A DNA stretch of 64,000 nucleotides from Pararhodobacter sp. (GTDB taxonomy: Bacteria; Pseudomonadota; Alphaproteobacteria; Rhodobacterales; Rhodobacteraceae): NCBI GenBank assembly GCA_046295695.1, contig JBKBMS010000001.1, positions 208,712 through 272,711 of the forward strand, given 5' to 3'. The notes below the pieces were generated by a model. It made no database searches and was not told the DNA's origin. It saw only the letters and a list, made by a program, of their open reading frames with translations. The position numbers and the translations under genes are program-made. This document shows, one piece after another, positions 20,709 to 30,992 of this stretch (position 1 is its first letter; each line of letters begins with the position of its first letter).

Positions 20709-21112
20709 CGCGGCGGCGGCGCTGTCATGAAATTTTTGCCATTGCAGTCAGGCCGGCTTCGCCCCTATGCTTGGCCGTCGGATCCTGCGCCGCTTGTCGG
20801 TGCCGTCCGCCAAACGGAATTCACGGCCTGCGCCGCGTCACTGCGGCTGTCAGGCGGGATGGACCCTCATGCGGGTCATCGGATTGCCCCTTGCCGGCCC
20901 TGTTGCCGGTGGGGCCATGAATGGATGCCCCAGGGCATCGGAGCTGAAACCGCGATGCCAGGCTGCGCATCACAACGGCAAATGACGCGGGCGCTGATGC
21001 GCTCCGCCCTGCCGTCGGCGCGCCCCGGCCGAGCAATCAACATACCCCCCGCAACACGGCCGCCCGGTCCTACCGGCCGCGACCGGCCGCCTTGCGGGGC
21101 AAGCGAGAACCA

Positions 21113-23986
21113 ATGGGAAAGAAACTGCTTATTGATGCCACCCATGCGGAGGAAACCCGCGTGGTCGTGGTCGATGGTCACAAGGTCGAGGAATTCGATT
21201 TCGAGACGATCCACAAACGCCAGCTTGCCGGCAACATCTATCTGGCCAAGGTAACGCGCGTCGAACCCTCGTTGCAGGCGGCCTTCGTCGATTACGGCGG
21301 CAACCGGCACGGCTTTCTGGCCTTCGCCGAGATCCACCCTGACTACTACCAGATCCCGGTCGCCGACCGGAAGGCGCTGATCGAGGAAGAGCGCGCCTAT
21401 GCGCAGGCGCAGCAAGATGACGAGGGTGGGCGCGGCAAACGCGGGCGCGGGCGCCCCAAACCCGTCGCCGATAGCGAGCCAGCAACCGCTGCGGAAGCAA
21501 CGGCCGATACCCACGCCGACAGCCCCGGTGCGGTGCAGACGGTCGCGGCCATCGCCGATGCCCCCGCCGATGCTCCCGATGCAATCGCCACCCGCGAGAT
21601 CGCCGGTATGGATATCGTCGATCTCGACGATGACGCCGAGGTCGGCGCGGGAACCGGCAAGGCTGCGCGTGAAGCCGCGCCGATGCCGCCCACCCGTGGC
21701 AACGGGAATGGCAATGGCGAAGACTATGCCGAGCCTTATAGTGCCGCCGATCATGCCACCGAGATCGACGACCAGATCGAATCGGTCGCTGATGAGGATG
21801 TCTCCGACGAGGTGCGCCCGCTGCGCCGTCCGCGTGCGCGCCGCTACAAGATCCAGGAAGTGGTCAAGGTGCGTCAGATCATGCTGGTGCAGGTGGTCAA
21901 GGAAGAGCGCGGCAACAAGGGCGCGGCGCTGACCACCTATCTCAGCCTTGCCGGACGCTACTGCGTGCTGATGCCCAACACCGCGCGCGGTGGCGGCATC
22001 TCGCGCAAGATCACCCAGGCCACCGACCGCAAGAAGCTCAAGGAAATCGCCAACGAGATCGAGGTGCCCGATGGCGCCGGGCTGATCATCCGCACCGCCG
22101 GCGCGAACCGCACCAAGGCCGAGATCAAGCGCGATTACGAATACCTCTCGCGGCTGTGGGAACAGATCCGCGATCTGACGCTGAAATCCATCGCGCCAGC
22201 ACCGATCTACGAAGAGGGCAACCTGATCAAGCGCTCGATCCGCGATCTCTATTCGCGCGAGATCGACGAGGTTCTGGTCGAGGGCGAGCACGGATACCGC
22301 GTGGCCAAGGACTTCATGAAGATGATCATGCCGTCCCATGCGCGCAACGTGAAGCAATACACCGACCCCCTGCCGCTGTTCGCGCGCTTCCAGGTGGAAA
22401 GCTACCTGGGTGCCATGTTCAACCCCACGGTGCAGCTGAAATCGGGCGGCTATATCGTCATCGGCATCACCGAGGCGCTGGTGGCGGTCGATGTCAACTC
22501 GGGCAAATCGACGCGCGAGGGCTCGATCGAGGACACCGCGCTCAAGACCAACCTTGAAGCCGCCGAGGAAGTGGCGCGCCAGTTGCGCCTGCGCGATCTG
22601 GCCGGGCTCATCGTGATCGATTTCATCGACATGGAAGAGCGCAAGAACAATGCCGCTGTCGAAAAGCGGCTGAAGGAAAAGCTCAAGAACGATCGCGCGC
22701 GCATTCAGGTGGGCCGCATTTCAGGCTTCGGGCTGCTGGAGATGAGCCGCCAGCGGCTGCGCCCCGGCATGCTGGAAGCCACCACCCAGCCCTGTCCGCA
22801 TTGCCACGGCACCGGGCTGATCCGCTCGGACAACAGCCTTGGCCTGACGATCCTGCGCGCGCTTGAGGAAGAAGGCACGCGCAACCGCACCCGCGAGGTT
22901 CTGGTCAAGGCGCCGATCGGCATTGTCAATTACCTGTTCAACGCCAAGCGCGAGCATCTGGCGCAGATCGAGGCGCGCTACGGCATGGCGATCCGGCTTG
23001 AGGCCGATCCTGCGCTGGTGAGCCCCGACTACACGATCGAGAAATTCAAGACCGCCACGCGCATTGTCGCCCCCGCGCCGGTGCCGGTGGTCTCGCTCGA
23101 TGCACAGACGATGTCGGACCTCGATCAGGAAATCGACGAGGCCATCGAAAGCGACGAGGACAGCGACACCCCCGCCGAAGACGTGGTTGAAAGCCGTGGG
23201 GAAGGCCGCAGCGAAAGCCGTACCGAAAGCGCGGGCGATGGGGCCGGCGAGGGTGGACGCAAGAAACGTCGTCGCCGTCGTCGCCGTCGTGGCGGGGCGG
23301 ATGCGGGCGATGCCGACGACAGTGAGAGCACTGCCGGGCAGGGGGATGGCGCCAGCCAGCATACCGACGACAAGGAGCAGGCCGCGAAAGCCGCCCCCGC
23401 AGCCGAGCCGGCGGCGGAACCGACCGAGGCAGCCGATGAAGCCGCGCCCACCCGCAAGCGCCGCAGCCGCCGCAAGAGCCCCAAGGCCGAAGCGGCCGAG
23501 GCGGAAGCAGTAGCGGATCAGGCCGAACTGGCGGAACCGGCCGCGGAAGAGACCGCCGCACCGGCGCCGGCCGAGACCCTCGACACCCCCGAGGCCGACA
23601 GCAAGCCCGCCCCCAAACGCCGCCGCACCCGAAAGACCGCGACCAAGGCGACCACGACCGAGGCTGAGGTTGCGGGTGCGGGTGCGGGTGGCAAGGAAGC
23701 CGCTGAAGCACCGGCAGCAGAAACCGTGGCAGCGCAAGCACCCACGGCGGAAGCGGCAGAACCGCAGCCACAGGCACCAGAGCCCCCCGCGCCGAAAGAC
23801 GCCGCGCCGGCAGAGGTAGCGGCAGAGGCTGAGGCTGAGGCTGAGGCTGAGGTAGCGGCAAAGGCACAGCCCGAACCGGCGGTCGAGGTCGCGCAACCGG
23901 CGAATGTCGCGCCGGACGCCACCTCCGCAGACGAGGACGACCCCGCAAAGCCGCGCCGCCGTGGCTGGTGGTCGCTTGGCCGCTGA
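21113..23986 (+). CDS. rne: Ribonuclease E
   Basis: LLIDATHAEETRV, GNIYLAKVTRVEPSLQAAFVDYG, IDFIDM, Zn-link CPHCHG, long disordered C-terminal region with Arg patches ending RRRGWWSLGR. Confidence 0.96.
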   Translation: MGKKLLIDATHAEETRVVVVDGHKVEEFDFETIHKRQLAGNIYLAKVTRVEPSLQAAFVDYGGNRHGFLAFAEIHPDYYQIPVADRKALIEEERAYAQAQQDDEGGRGKRGRGRPKPVADSEPATAAEATADTHADSPGAVQTVAAIADAPADAPDAIATREIAGMDIVDLDDDAEVGAGTGKAAREAAPMPPTRGNGNGNGEDYAEPYSAADHATEIDDQIESVADEDVSDEVRPLRRPRARRYKIQEVVKVRQIMLVQVVKEERGNKGAALTTYLSLAGRYCVLMPNTARGGGISRKITQATDRKKLKEIANEIEVPDGAGLIIRTAGANRTKAEIKRDYEYLSRLWEQIRDLTLKSIAPAPIYEEGNLIKRSIRDLYSREIDEVLVEGEHGYRVAKDFMKMIMPSHARNVKQYTDPLPLFARFQVESYLGAMFNPTVQLKSGGYIVIGITEALVAVDVNSGKSTREGSIEDTALKTNLEAAEEVARQLRLRDLAGLIVIDFIDMEERKNNAAVEKRLKEKLKNDRARIQVGRISGFGLLEMSRQRLRPGMLEATTQPCPHCHGTGLIRSDNSLGLTILRALEEEGTRNRTREVLVKAPIGIVNYLFNAKREHLAQIEARYGMAIRLEADPALVSPDYTIEKFKTATRIVAPAPVPVVSLDAQTMSDLDQEIDEAIESDEDSDTPAEDVVESRGEGRSESRTESAGDGAGEGGRKKRRRRRRRRGGADAGDADDSESTAGQGDGASQHTDDKEQAAKAAPAAEPAAEPTEAADEAAPTRKRRSRRKSPKAEAAEAEAVADQAELAEPAAEETAAPAPAETLDTPEADSKPAPKRRRTRKTATKATTTEAEVAGAGAGGKEAAEAPAAETVAAQAPTAEAAEPQPQAPEPPAPKDAAPAEVAAEAEAEAEAEVAAKAQPEPAVEVAQPANVAPDATSADEDDPAKPRRRGWWSLGR

Positions 23987-23994
23987 GCCAGATC

Positions 23995-24020
23995 AAGGCC
24001 CCGCCACGGCGGGGCCTTTT
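23995..24020 (+). terminator. rne intrinsic terminator
   Basis: AAGGCCCCGCC-AC-GGCGGGGCCTTTT. Confidence 0.9.
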
Positions 24021-24132
24021 GCTGACGGGGATGTGACAAATCGTGCCCGTGACCATGGCGCATATTGCGGGTAATCCCGTGCCAGACGGGATGCGCCGCA
24101 ATAGCGAGCGTGCAATCTGACCGAGAGGGGCC

Positions 24133-24885
24133 ATGTTCGGAATCGATCTGTTCGATGCAGCGCTGATGCCGGCGCTCGGCGTGGCGCTCATGGCGGGGGT
24201 CTTGTCGTTTCTCAGCCCCTGCGTGCTGCCCATCGTGCCGCCCTATCTGGCCTATATGTCCGGCATCTCCATGCGCGAGTTGACCGACGAGGGGCAGGGC
24301 TCGCGTCGCGCCGTGCTGCCGGCGCTGTTTTTCGTCATGGGGCTGAGCACCGTCTTTCTGTTTCTGGGCTTCACCGCGTCAAGCCTGGGGCGGCTGTTTC
24401 TGGAATACCGCACCGAATTTGCCCAGGTCGCCGGGGTGGTGGTGATCATCTTCGGGCTGCATTTCCTGGGGCTTTTCCGCATTGGCCTGCTGATGCGCGA
24501 AGCACGCATTGATCCCGGTGATCGGGGGGGCTCGGCCTTTGGGGCCTATGTGCTGGGGCTGGCATTCGCCTTTGGCTGGACGCCCTGTATCGGGCCGATC
24601 CTTGGCATGATCATCACCCTTGCCGCGACCGAGGACTCGGTGGCGCGCGGCACCACGCTGCTGGCCTTCTATGCCGCCGGGCTGGGGATGCCCTTCCTGC
24701 TGGCGGCGGTGTTCATCACGCGCTCGATGGCGCTGATGCGGCGGCTGCGGCCCTGGATGGGCCGGATCGAAAAGGCGATGGGGCTGCTTCTGGTGGTGGT
24801 GGGCATTGCCCTGATCACCGGCGCGATGGCCGATTTCTCCTTCTGGCTGCTCGAAGCCTTCCCGGTGCTCGAACGCATCGGCTGA
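24133..24885 (+). CDS. ccdA: Cytochrome c biogenesis thiol-disulfide transporter CcdA
   Basis: GVLSFLSPCVLPIVPPYL and FAFGWTPCIGPILG, the two conserved Cys. Confidence 0.93.
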   Translation: MFGIDLFDAALMPALGVALMAGVLSFLSPCVLPIVPPYLAYMSGISMRELTDEGQGSRRAVLPALFFVMGLSTVFLFLGFTASSLGRLFLEYRTEFAQVAGVVVIIFGLHFLGLFRIGLLMREARIDPGDRGGSAFGAYVLGLAFAFGWTPCIGPILGMIITLAATEDSVARGTTLLAFYAAGLGMPFLLAAVFITRSMALMRRLRPWMGRIEKAMGLLLVVVGIALITGAMADFSFWLLEAFPVLERIG

Positions 24886-24976
24886 GCAGGCCGGTGCGGC
24901 GGCACCATTCCCTTTCCCCTTATTCCCTTGACCAGCGATCCGCACTAGGCTGCGCCAAACGGCAGGGCAGGGCGCG

Positions 24977-26215
24977 ATGCACGACGAAACCACAGGCCAG
25001 GTGCGGCAACGGCGGGTGTTCTACATTCCCGGCTACGATCCCTTCCCGCCGCGCCGCTACCGCGAGCTTTACCGCCGCGAGAGCGTCCTGCAGGCGGAAA
25101 TCTCGGGCTACCGGATCAAGCTGAGCGGGCAGACCGGCCGCGCCGGGGGCTATGGCTGGCGCGCCGCGGCACAAACCGGCGGCCAACACAGCGCGGCGCA
25201 GATCACCGTGCTGGTCTGGGCCGATCTGGTGCAGGCGAGCATGCGCCAGGGGGTGCTGGGTTCATACTGGCTGATGCTGCGCACCCTGTGGATCTTCTTT
25301 TCCACGGGCGCGCTGGTGGCGATGATCCGGCTGCGCCCGGCGCCGATGCTGTCAGGTGCCTATCCGGTGGCGATGCTGTTGGCACAGGCCGGGCTGGCGC
25401 TGGTCCTGGGCTGGCTGGGCTTCCGGCTGAGCGGCTGGGCGCTGGCCGGTATTGGCTGGGGTGCCGGCTGGGGCTTCTGGGCCAGTGCAGCGCTCGGACT
25501 GGGCGCGACCTATGGCGCGCTGCTGGCCTTTCAGCGCCTCGACCGCAAGCTCTTTGCCTATTACCTGCTTTATGATTTCGCTCATACCGCCAAGCTGCGC
25601 GGCGCCAATTCGCCGGCACTGGAAGCGCGCATCGCCGAATTCGTGGCGCAGATCCGCGCCGCGCTGAGCGAGGATTGGGACGAGGTGCTGGTGGTAGGCC
25701 ATTCCTCGGGGGCGGCGCTGGCGGTTTCGGTGGTGGCCGATGTGCTGCGCGGGCCACGGCCGACGAATGCGCCGCCGCTGGCGCTGCTGACGCTGGGCCA
25801 GGCCATTCCGATGCAAAGCTTCCTGCCGCGCGCAAGGCGGCTGCGGCGCGATCTGCACGATCTGGCGGCACGTGATGATCTTTTCTGGCTCGATGTCTCG
25901 GCGCCCGGCGATGGCTGCTGCTTTGGCCTGTCCGATCCGGTGGCGGTCAGCGGCGTTGCCCCGCCGGCCCAACGCTGGCCGATCGTGATTTCCGCCGCTT
26001 TCAGCAAGAGCCTGCGCCCGGAGACCTGGAAGCGTCTGCGTCGGCGATTCTTTCGGCTGCATTTTCAGTATCTTGCCGCCTTTGACAACCCGCGCGACTA
26101 TGACTATTTCCAGATCACCGCAGGGCCGCGAACCCTGGCCGCGCGCTTTGCCGGGCGCAAGCCCTCGCCGGGCCGCATCGCGCGCCTGCGCAGCCCGCAC
26201 CGGGACATGGCATGA
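24977..26215 (+). CDS. Conserved hypothetical membrane protein with an alpha/beta-hydrolase-like GHSSG motif
   Basis: VFYIPGYDP N-terminus, central hydrophobic helices, VLVVGHSSGA, RLHFQYL. 4-bp ATGA overlap with the P450 gene. Confidence 0.8.
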   Translation: MHDETTGQVRQRRVFYIPGYDPFPPRRYRELYRRESVLQAEISGYRIKLSGQTGRAGGYGWRAAAQTGGQHSAAQITVLVWADLVQASMRQGVLGSYWLMLRTLWIFFSTGALVAMIRLRPAPMLSGAYPVAMLLAQAGLALVLGWLGFRLSGWALAGIGWGAGWGFWASAALGLGATYGALLAFQRLDRKLFAYYLLYDFAHTAKLRGANSPALEARIAEFVAQIRAALSEDWDEVLVVGHSSGAALAVSVVADVLRGPRPTNAPPLALLTLGQAIPMQSFLPRARRLRRDLHDLAARDDLFWLDVSAPGDGCCFGLSDPVAVSGVAPPAQRWPIVISAAFSKSLRPETWKRLRRRFFRLHFQYLAAFDNPRDYDYFQITAGPRTLAARFAGRKPSPGRIARLRSPHRDMA

Positions 26216-27573
26216 GCGCGCCCATCGTGCCGCCCAAACCGCCCGCCCGCGCCGAGCGGGTATCACTGTTTCAGTACATGCGTCTCTTTCGCCGCGATAT
26301 TCTTTCGGCCCAGCCCGCACGGCTCTACCGCGCCAAGATGGCCGAGTTCCGCACGCCGTTCTTTCGCTCCTATCTGATCAACGAGCCGGGGCTGTGGAAG
26401 CTGGTGCTCAACGAGCGTCCGGATGACTTTCCAAAGTCGAACCGGGTGCGCGCCGGGTTGGAGCCGCTTTTGGGCAATTCGGTCTTTGTCACCAATGGCG
26501 AGACCTGGAAACGCCAGCGGCGCATCATCGACCCGGCCTTCGAGGGCGGGCGGCTGCGCGATACCTTCCCGGCGATGGTGGCCGCGGGGCAGGCGGCGGT
26601 GGCGCGCATGGGCGCGGGCCGCGTCGAGGTCGAGGCGGCAATGAGCCATGCCGCGGCGGATGTGATCTTTCGCACGCTTTTCTCACTGCCCATCGAGGAT
26701 GCGACCGCCGCGGCGGTGTTTCGGGCCTTCCGCGAGCATCAGGGTACGCAACCGCTGCTCAATCTGGCGGCCTTCCTGCCGCTGCCGCGCTGGTTTCCAC
26801 GGCTGCACCGGCGCAAGACCCTGCGCACCGCACGCCATATCCGCGCGCTGATCACCGCCATGACCGAACGCCGCGCCGCCGAGATCGCCGCCGGCACTGC
26901 GCCCGACGATCTGGCGACCAAGATCATGACCACCGCCGACCCGCTGACCGGCGCGCATTTCGCCACCGACGAGATGGTCGATCAGGTGGCGATCTTCTTT
27001 CTGGCCGGGCATGAGACCAGTGCCTCGGCGCTGGCCTGGACGCTCTATCTGGTGGCGCTGGACAGGCCATTGCAGGAGCGGCTGGCCGAGGAAGCCACGC
27101 GCGAACTGGGCGAGCATCCGGATTTTGGCGCTGTCAGCCGGCTGAAACTGGCGCGCGACGTGTTTCGCGAGGCTTTGCGGCTTTACCCGCCGGTGCCGAT
27201 GATGGTGCGCCAGAACACCGCGCCCGAATGCTTCCGCAACCGCGCTGTCGCGCCGGGGGCGCAGATCGTCATCAGCCCCTGGCATCTGGGCCGGCATGAA
27301 AGGATCTGGGATCAGCCTGACGCCTTCTGCCCCGCGCGCTGGCAGAGCGCCGAAGGCAGGGCCGCCGCGCGCGAGGGGTTCATACCCTTCTCCAGCGGGC
27401 CAAGGGTCTGCACGGGGGCGGGGTTTGCCATGGTCGAGGGGGTGCTCTTGCTGGCAATGCTGGTGCGGCGCTTCCGGTTCCGACCCGTCGAAGGGCAGGT
27501 GCCCGAGCCGGTGGCGCATCTGACGGTGCGGGCGCGCCACGGCATATGGCTTGACGTTTCCGAGCGCGGATAA
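26212..27573 (+). CDS. Cytochrome P450
   Basis: I-helix AGHETS, K-helix EALR, heme loop [10 protein letters not shown]. Confidence 0.96.
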   Translation: MSAPIVPPKPPARAERVSLFQYMRLFRRDILSAQPARLYRAKMAEFRTPFFRSYLINEPGLWKLVLNERPDDFPKSNRVRAGLEPLLGNSVFVTNGETWKRQRRIIDPAFEGGRLRDTFPAMVAAGQAAVARMGAGRVEVEAAMSHAAADVIFRTLFSLPIEDATAAAVFRAFREHQGTQPLLNLAAFLPLPRWFPRLHRRKTLRTARHIRALITAMTERRAAEIAAGTAPDDLATKIMTTADPLTGAHFATDEMVDQVAIFFLAGHETSASALAWTLYLVALDRPLQERLAEEATRELGEHPDFGAVSRLKLARDVFREALRLYPPVPMMVRQNTAPECFRNRAVAPGAQIVISPWHLGRHERIWDQPDAFCPARWQSAEGRAAAREGFIPFSSGPRVCTGAGFAMVEGVLLLAMLVRRFRFRPVEGQVPEPVAHLTVRARHGIWLDVSERG

Positions 27574-27574
27574 G

Positions 27575-27636
27575 GGGCAGGGGGCTTTGCCCCCTCTGGG
27601 CTGCGCCCATTCACCCCCAGGATATTTGCGGCACAA
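27575..27636. repeat. Short intergenic palindromic element resembling a Rhodobacteraceae REP-like repeat
   Basis: GGGGGC-TTT-GCCCCC hairpin followed by CCCCCAGGATATTTG. The family resemblance is from memory, and there is a single copy in this window. Confidence 0.4.
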
Positions 27637-27689
27637 AGACACCGCGGACACCGCGCGCGGGGCCAGGCTGGGGGGCAGGCGCTTTTTTG

Positions 27690-27736
27690 TTTGACGCGAC
27701 TCAGGCGTGGCGGTATTTATTTGAACGGTCGTTCAA
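27690..27736 (+). promoter_or_regulatory. Putative ivd promoter and operator palindrome
   Basis: TTGACG-N17-TATTTA, then TTGAAC-GGTC-GTTCAA at 27721-27736. Confidence 0.6.
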
Positions 27737-27752
27737 TAACCGGGAGGGTTCG

Positions 27753-28916
27753 ATGTTCACCGCATCCATGCGTTTCGATCTGGGCGAGGACATCAACGCC
27801 CTGCGCGATCTGGTTCACCGCTGGGCGCAGGACCGCGTGAAACCGATGGCGGCCGAGATCGATCACACCAACGCCTTCCCCAATGCGCTGTGGCGCGAGA
27901 TGGGTGAGCTGGGTCTTCTGGGCATCACCGTCGAGGAAGAGCATGGCGGCACGGCAATGGGCTATCTGGCGCATACCATCGCGGTTGAAGAGATCGCGCG
28001 CGCCTCGGCGTCGGTGAGCCTGTCCTATGGGGCGCATTCGAACCTCTGCGTGAACCAGATCAGGCTGAACGGCACGCCCGAGCAGAAAGCGAAATATCTT
28101 CCCCGGCTGGTGTCGGGCGAGCATGTCGGCGCGCTGGCGATGTCGGAGGCCGGCGCGGGATCGGATGTGGTGGGCATGAAGCTGCGCGCCGAGAAGAAGA
28201 ATGACCGCTATGTGCTCAACGGCACGAAATACTGGATCACCAATGGCCCCGATGCCGATGTGCTGGTGGTCTATGCCAAGACCGACCCCGCGGCGGGATC
28301 GAAGGGGATCACGGCCTTTCTGATCGAAAAGAGCATGACGGGATTTTCGACCAGCGTGCATTTCGACAAGTTGGGGATGCGCGGCTCGAATACCGCCGAG
28401 CTGGTGTTCGAGGATGTGGAAGTGCCCTTCGAGAATGTTCTGGGCGAGGAAGGCCGCGGCGTGCGGGTGCTGATGTCGGGGCTCGATTACGAGCGCGTGG
28501 TGCTTTCGGGCATCGGTACCGGGATCATGGCCGCCTGCCTGGACGAGGTGATGCCCTACCTGACCGAGCGCAAGCAGTTTGGTCAGCCGATCGGGAATTT
28601 CCAGCTCATGCAGGGCAAGATCGCCGATATGTACACGGCGATGAACTCGGCGCGGGCCTATGTCTATGAGGTGGCAAGGGCCTGCGACCGGGGTACGGTG
28701 ACGCGCCAGGATGCTGCCGCCTGTGTGCTCTATGCCAGCGAGGAAGCGATGAAACAGGCGCATCAGGCGGTGCAGGCCATGGGGGGCGCGGGGTTCATGA
28801 ACGGCAGCACTGTCAGCCGGCTTTTCCGTGATGCCAAACTCATGGAGATCGGCGCCGGCACCAGCGAGATCCGGCGCATGCTGGTGGGGCGTGAACTCAT
28901 GGCGGCGATGGGCTGA
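27753..28916 (+). CDS. ivd: Isovaleryl-CoA dehydrogenase
   Basis: [54 protein letters not shown]. Leads the MCC operon. Confidence 0.95.
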   Translation: MFTASMRFDLGEDINALRDLVHRWAQDRVKPMAAEIDHTNAFPNALWREMGELGLLGITVEEEHGGTAMGYLAHTIAVEEIARASASVSLSYGAHSNLCVNQIRLNGTPEQKAKYLPRLVSGEHVGALAMSEAGAGSDVVGMKLRAEKKNDRYVLNGTKYWITNGPDADVLVVYAKTDPAAGSKGITAFLIEKSMTGFSTSVHFDKLGMRGSNTAELVFEDVEVPFENVLGEEGRGVRVLMSGLDYERVVLSGIGTGIMAACLDEVMPYLTERKQFGQPIGNFQLMQGKIADMYTAMNSARAYVYEVARACDRGTVTRQDAAACVLYASEEAMKQAHQAVQAMGGAGFMNGSTVSRLFRDAKLMEIGAGTSEIRRMLVGRELMAAMG

Positions 28917-29408
28917 ATGATGCGCGCGCTGGCTCTCGCCCTTCTGCTGCCCGCCACCTCCGCACTGTCCGAAGGGGTGAAATTCGATGGCCCGATGGTC
29001 GAGCAATGCCTGGCCGGAGGGGGCTGGCGCGATTGCATCGGGCAGGCGGCAGGACAATGCATGCAGGCCACGCCGGGCGGCGAGTCGACGGCCGGAATGG
29101 TTGGGTGTCTTGATGCCGAATGGCAATGGTGGGATGGCGAGTTGAATTCCCGCTACCGCGAGCTTCTGGCGCGCGCGCGCCAGATCGATGCCGAGCCGCC
29201 GATCGAGGGTATGCTGCCGCGCCCCTCGGACGAAGCGGCATTGCGCGCCATGCAGCGGGCCTGGATCAGCTGGCGCGACGCCACCTGCGATTACGAAGCG
29301 CTGCAATGGTGGGGCGGCTCCGGCGCCAGCCCGGCGCGCATTGGCTGCCTGCTGGGGCTGACCGGCGAACAGGCGCTGCGTCTGCGCAGCTTGCTGGCGG
29401 AAGGTTGA
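28917..29408 (+). CDS. LprI/DUF1311-family secreted protein
   Basis: Signal peptide. STAGMVGC...LNSRY...LRAMQRAWISWRDATC...C pattern. Confidence 0.85.
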   Translation: MMRALALALLLPATSALSEGVKFDGPMVEQCLAGGGWRDCIGQAAGQCMQATPGGESTAGMVGCLDAEWQWWDGELNSRYRELLARARQIDAEPPIEGMLPRPSDEAALRAMQRAWISWRDATCDYEALQWWGGSGASPARIGCLLGLTGEQALRLRSLLAEG

Positions 29409-29411
29409 GCC

Positions 29412-30992
29412 TTGCGCCCGTTGCTCCCCCCCTTGGGCGATCATGACGCCCTGAGCGCCGGCTTCCGCTGGGCGCTGCCGGCGCGGCTGAACATGGCGCG
29501 ACAGGTCTGTTTCGATTGGCTTGAGAACCCCGAAAGAGTGGCGATCATTGATCTTTCGGGCAGCGATCTTTCGGGCGCGGCGCGGCGCGATCTTTCCTAC
29601 GGTGAACTGGCGGCGATGGCGCGGGGACTGGCGGCCCATCTGATCGCGCGCGGGGTCAGGCGCGGCGACCGGGTGGGCGTGCTGCGCGCGCAGGATCCCT
29701 GGTGCGCGGCGGCGCATATTACCATCTGGTCACTGGGCGCAATCTCGCTGCCGCTGTTCAAGCTTTTCGGCCCGGATGCCCTGGCCAGCCGTCTGGGCGA
29801 CAGCGGTGCGCAATGGGTGATCACCGATGCCACCGGCGCGGCGCTGCTGGGCGAGATGCCGGTGCGCCCGCTGATCCCCGAGGCGGCATCGCTCGATCTT
29901 GCCGCCACCCCGCCCATCGCTGATACCGGCCCCGAGGACCCGGCGGTGCTGATCTATACCTCGGGCACCACCGGCGCGCCAAAGGGAGCGCTGCATGGCC
30001 ACCGGGTGCTGAGCGGTCATCTGCCCGGCGTCGAGATCAGCCATGACCGGCTGGGCCAGCCGGGCGATGTGCTCTGGACCCCGGCGGACTGGGCCTGGAT
30101 CGGCGGGCTTTTCGATGTGCTGATGCCGGGGCTGGCGATCGGTGTGCCGGTGGTGGCGGCACGACTGGCCAAGTTCACCCCTGATGGCGCGCGCGCGATC
30201 GTCGAGGCGGGCGGGGTGCGCAACATCTTCTTCCCGCCGACCGCGCTGAAGATGCTCAAGGCCGCGGACATGGCGCTGCCGGGGCTGCGCTCGGTGGCCT
30301 CGGGCGGCGAGCCCCTGGGGGCGGAGATGCTGGAGTGGGGCCAGCGCGCCTTTGGCCTCAGCATCAACGAGTTCTACGGCCAGACCGAATGCAACATGAT
30401 CGCGTCATCTGCGGGCAGCCTGTTCGCGCCGCGTCCGGGCTGTATCGGCAAGCCGGTGCCGGGGCATGAACTGGCGGTGCTGGACAACGGGGGCACCCTG
30501 CTGGGCGAAGGCATCGAGGGCGATATCGCGGTGCGGCGCGGCTCGGCCTCGATGATGCTGGGCTATTGGCAAAAGCCTGAAGCCACCATCGAGAAGTTTC
30601 GCGGCGACTGGATGCTGACCGGCGACCGGGGCCTGTGGGAGGCCGGTTTTCTGCGTTTTGTCGGGCGCGAGGACGATGTGATCACCTCGGCCGGCTACCG
30701 CATCGGCCCCGCCGAGATCGAGGATTGCCTGCTGCGCCATCCCGGTGTCGCCATGGCGGCGGTGATCGGGCGGCCGGATACGCTGCGCACCGAAGTGGTG
30801 CGCGCCTATGTGGTGCCGCGCCGGGGCCAGCACCTTGATGCGGCGATGGTGCAGGCGCATGTGCGCGAAAGGCTCTCGGCTCATCTGGTGCCACGCGAGG
30901 TGGTTCTGACCGACAGCCTGCCGATGACCGTGACCGGCAAGATCATCCGCAAGGAGCTTAAACGCCGCGCGATGGAGGAACACCAGGAATGA
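29412..30992 (+). CDS. AMP-dependent acyl-CoA synthetase
   Basis: [46 protein letters not shown]. Confidence 0.92.
   Translation: MRPLLPPLGDHDALSAGFRWALPARLNMARQVCFDWLENPERVAIIDLSGSDLSGAARRDLSYGELAAMARGLAAHLIARGVRRGDRVGVLRAQDPWCAAAHITIWSLGAISLPLFKLFGPDALASRLGDSGAQWVITDATGAALLGEMPVRPLIPEAASLDLAATPPIADTGPEDPAVLIYTSGTTGAPKGALHGHRVLSGHLPGVEISHDRLGQPGDVLWTPADWAWIGGLFDVLMPGLAIGVPVVAARLAKFTPDGARAIVEAGGVRNIFFPPTALKMLKAADMALPGLRSVASGGEPLGAEMLEWGQRAFGLSINEFYGQTECNMIASSAGSLFAPRPGCIGKPVPGHELAVLDNGGTLLGEGIEGDIAVRRGSASMMLGYWQKPEATIEKFRGDWMLTGDRGLWEAGFLRFVGREDDVITSAGYRIGPAEIEDCLLRHPGVAMAAVIGRPDTLRTEVVRAYVVPRRGQHLDAAMVQAHVRERLSAHLVPREVVLTDSLPMTVTGKIIRKELKRRAMEEHQE

Noticed and set aside
20727-21254. 175-aa ORF upstream of and overlapping rne
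   Set aside because: No RBS or recognisable domain, Pro/Arg/Ala-rich, out of frame with rne. Better explained as leader sequence.
23820-23852. (GCTGAG)n tandem repeat and other low-complexity repeats in rne
   Set aside because: Encodes an AEAEAE stretch in the normal disordered RNase E C-terminal region. It is neither a CRISPR array nor an obvious contingency locus.
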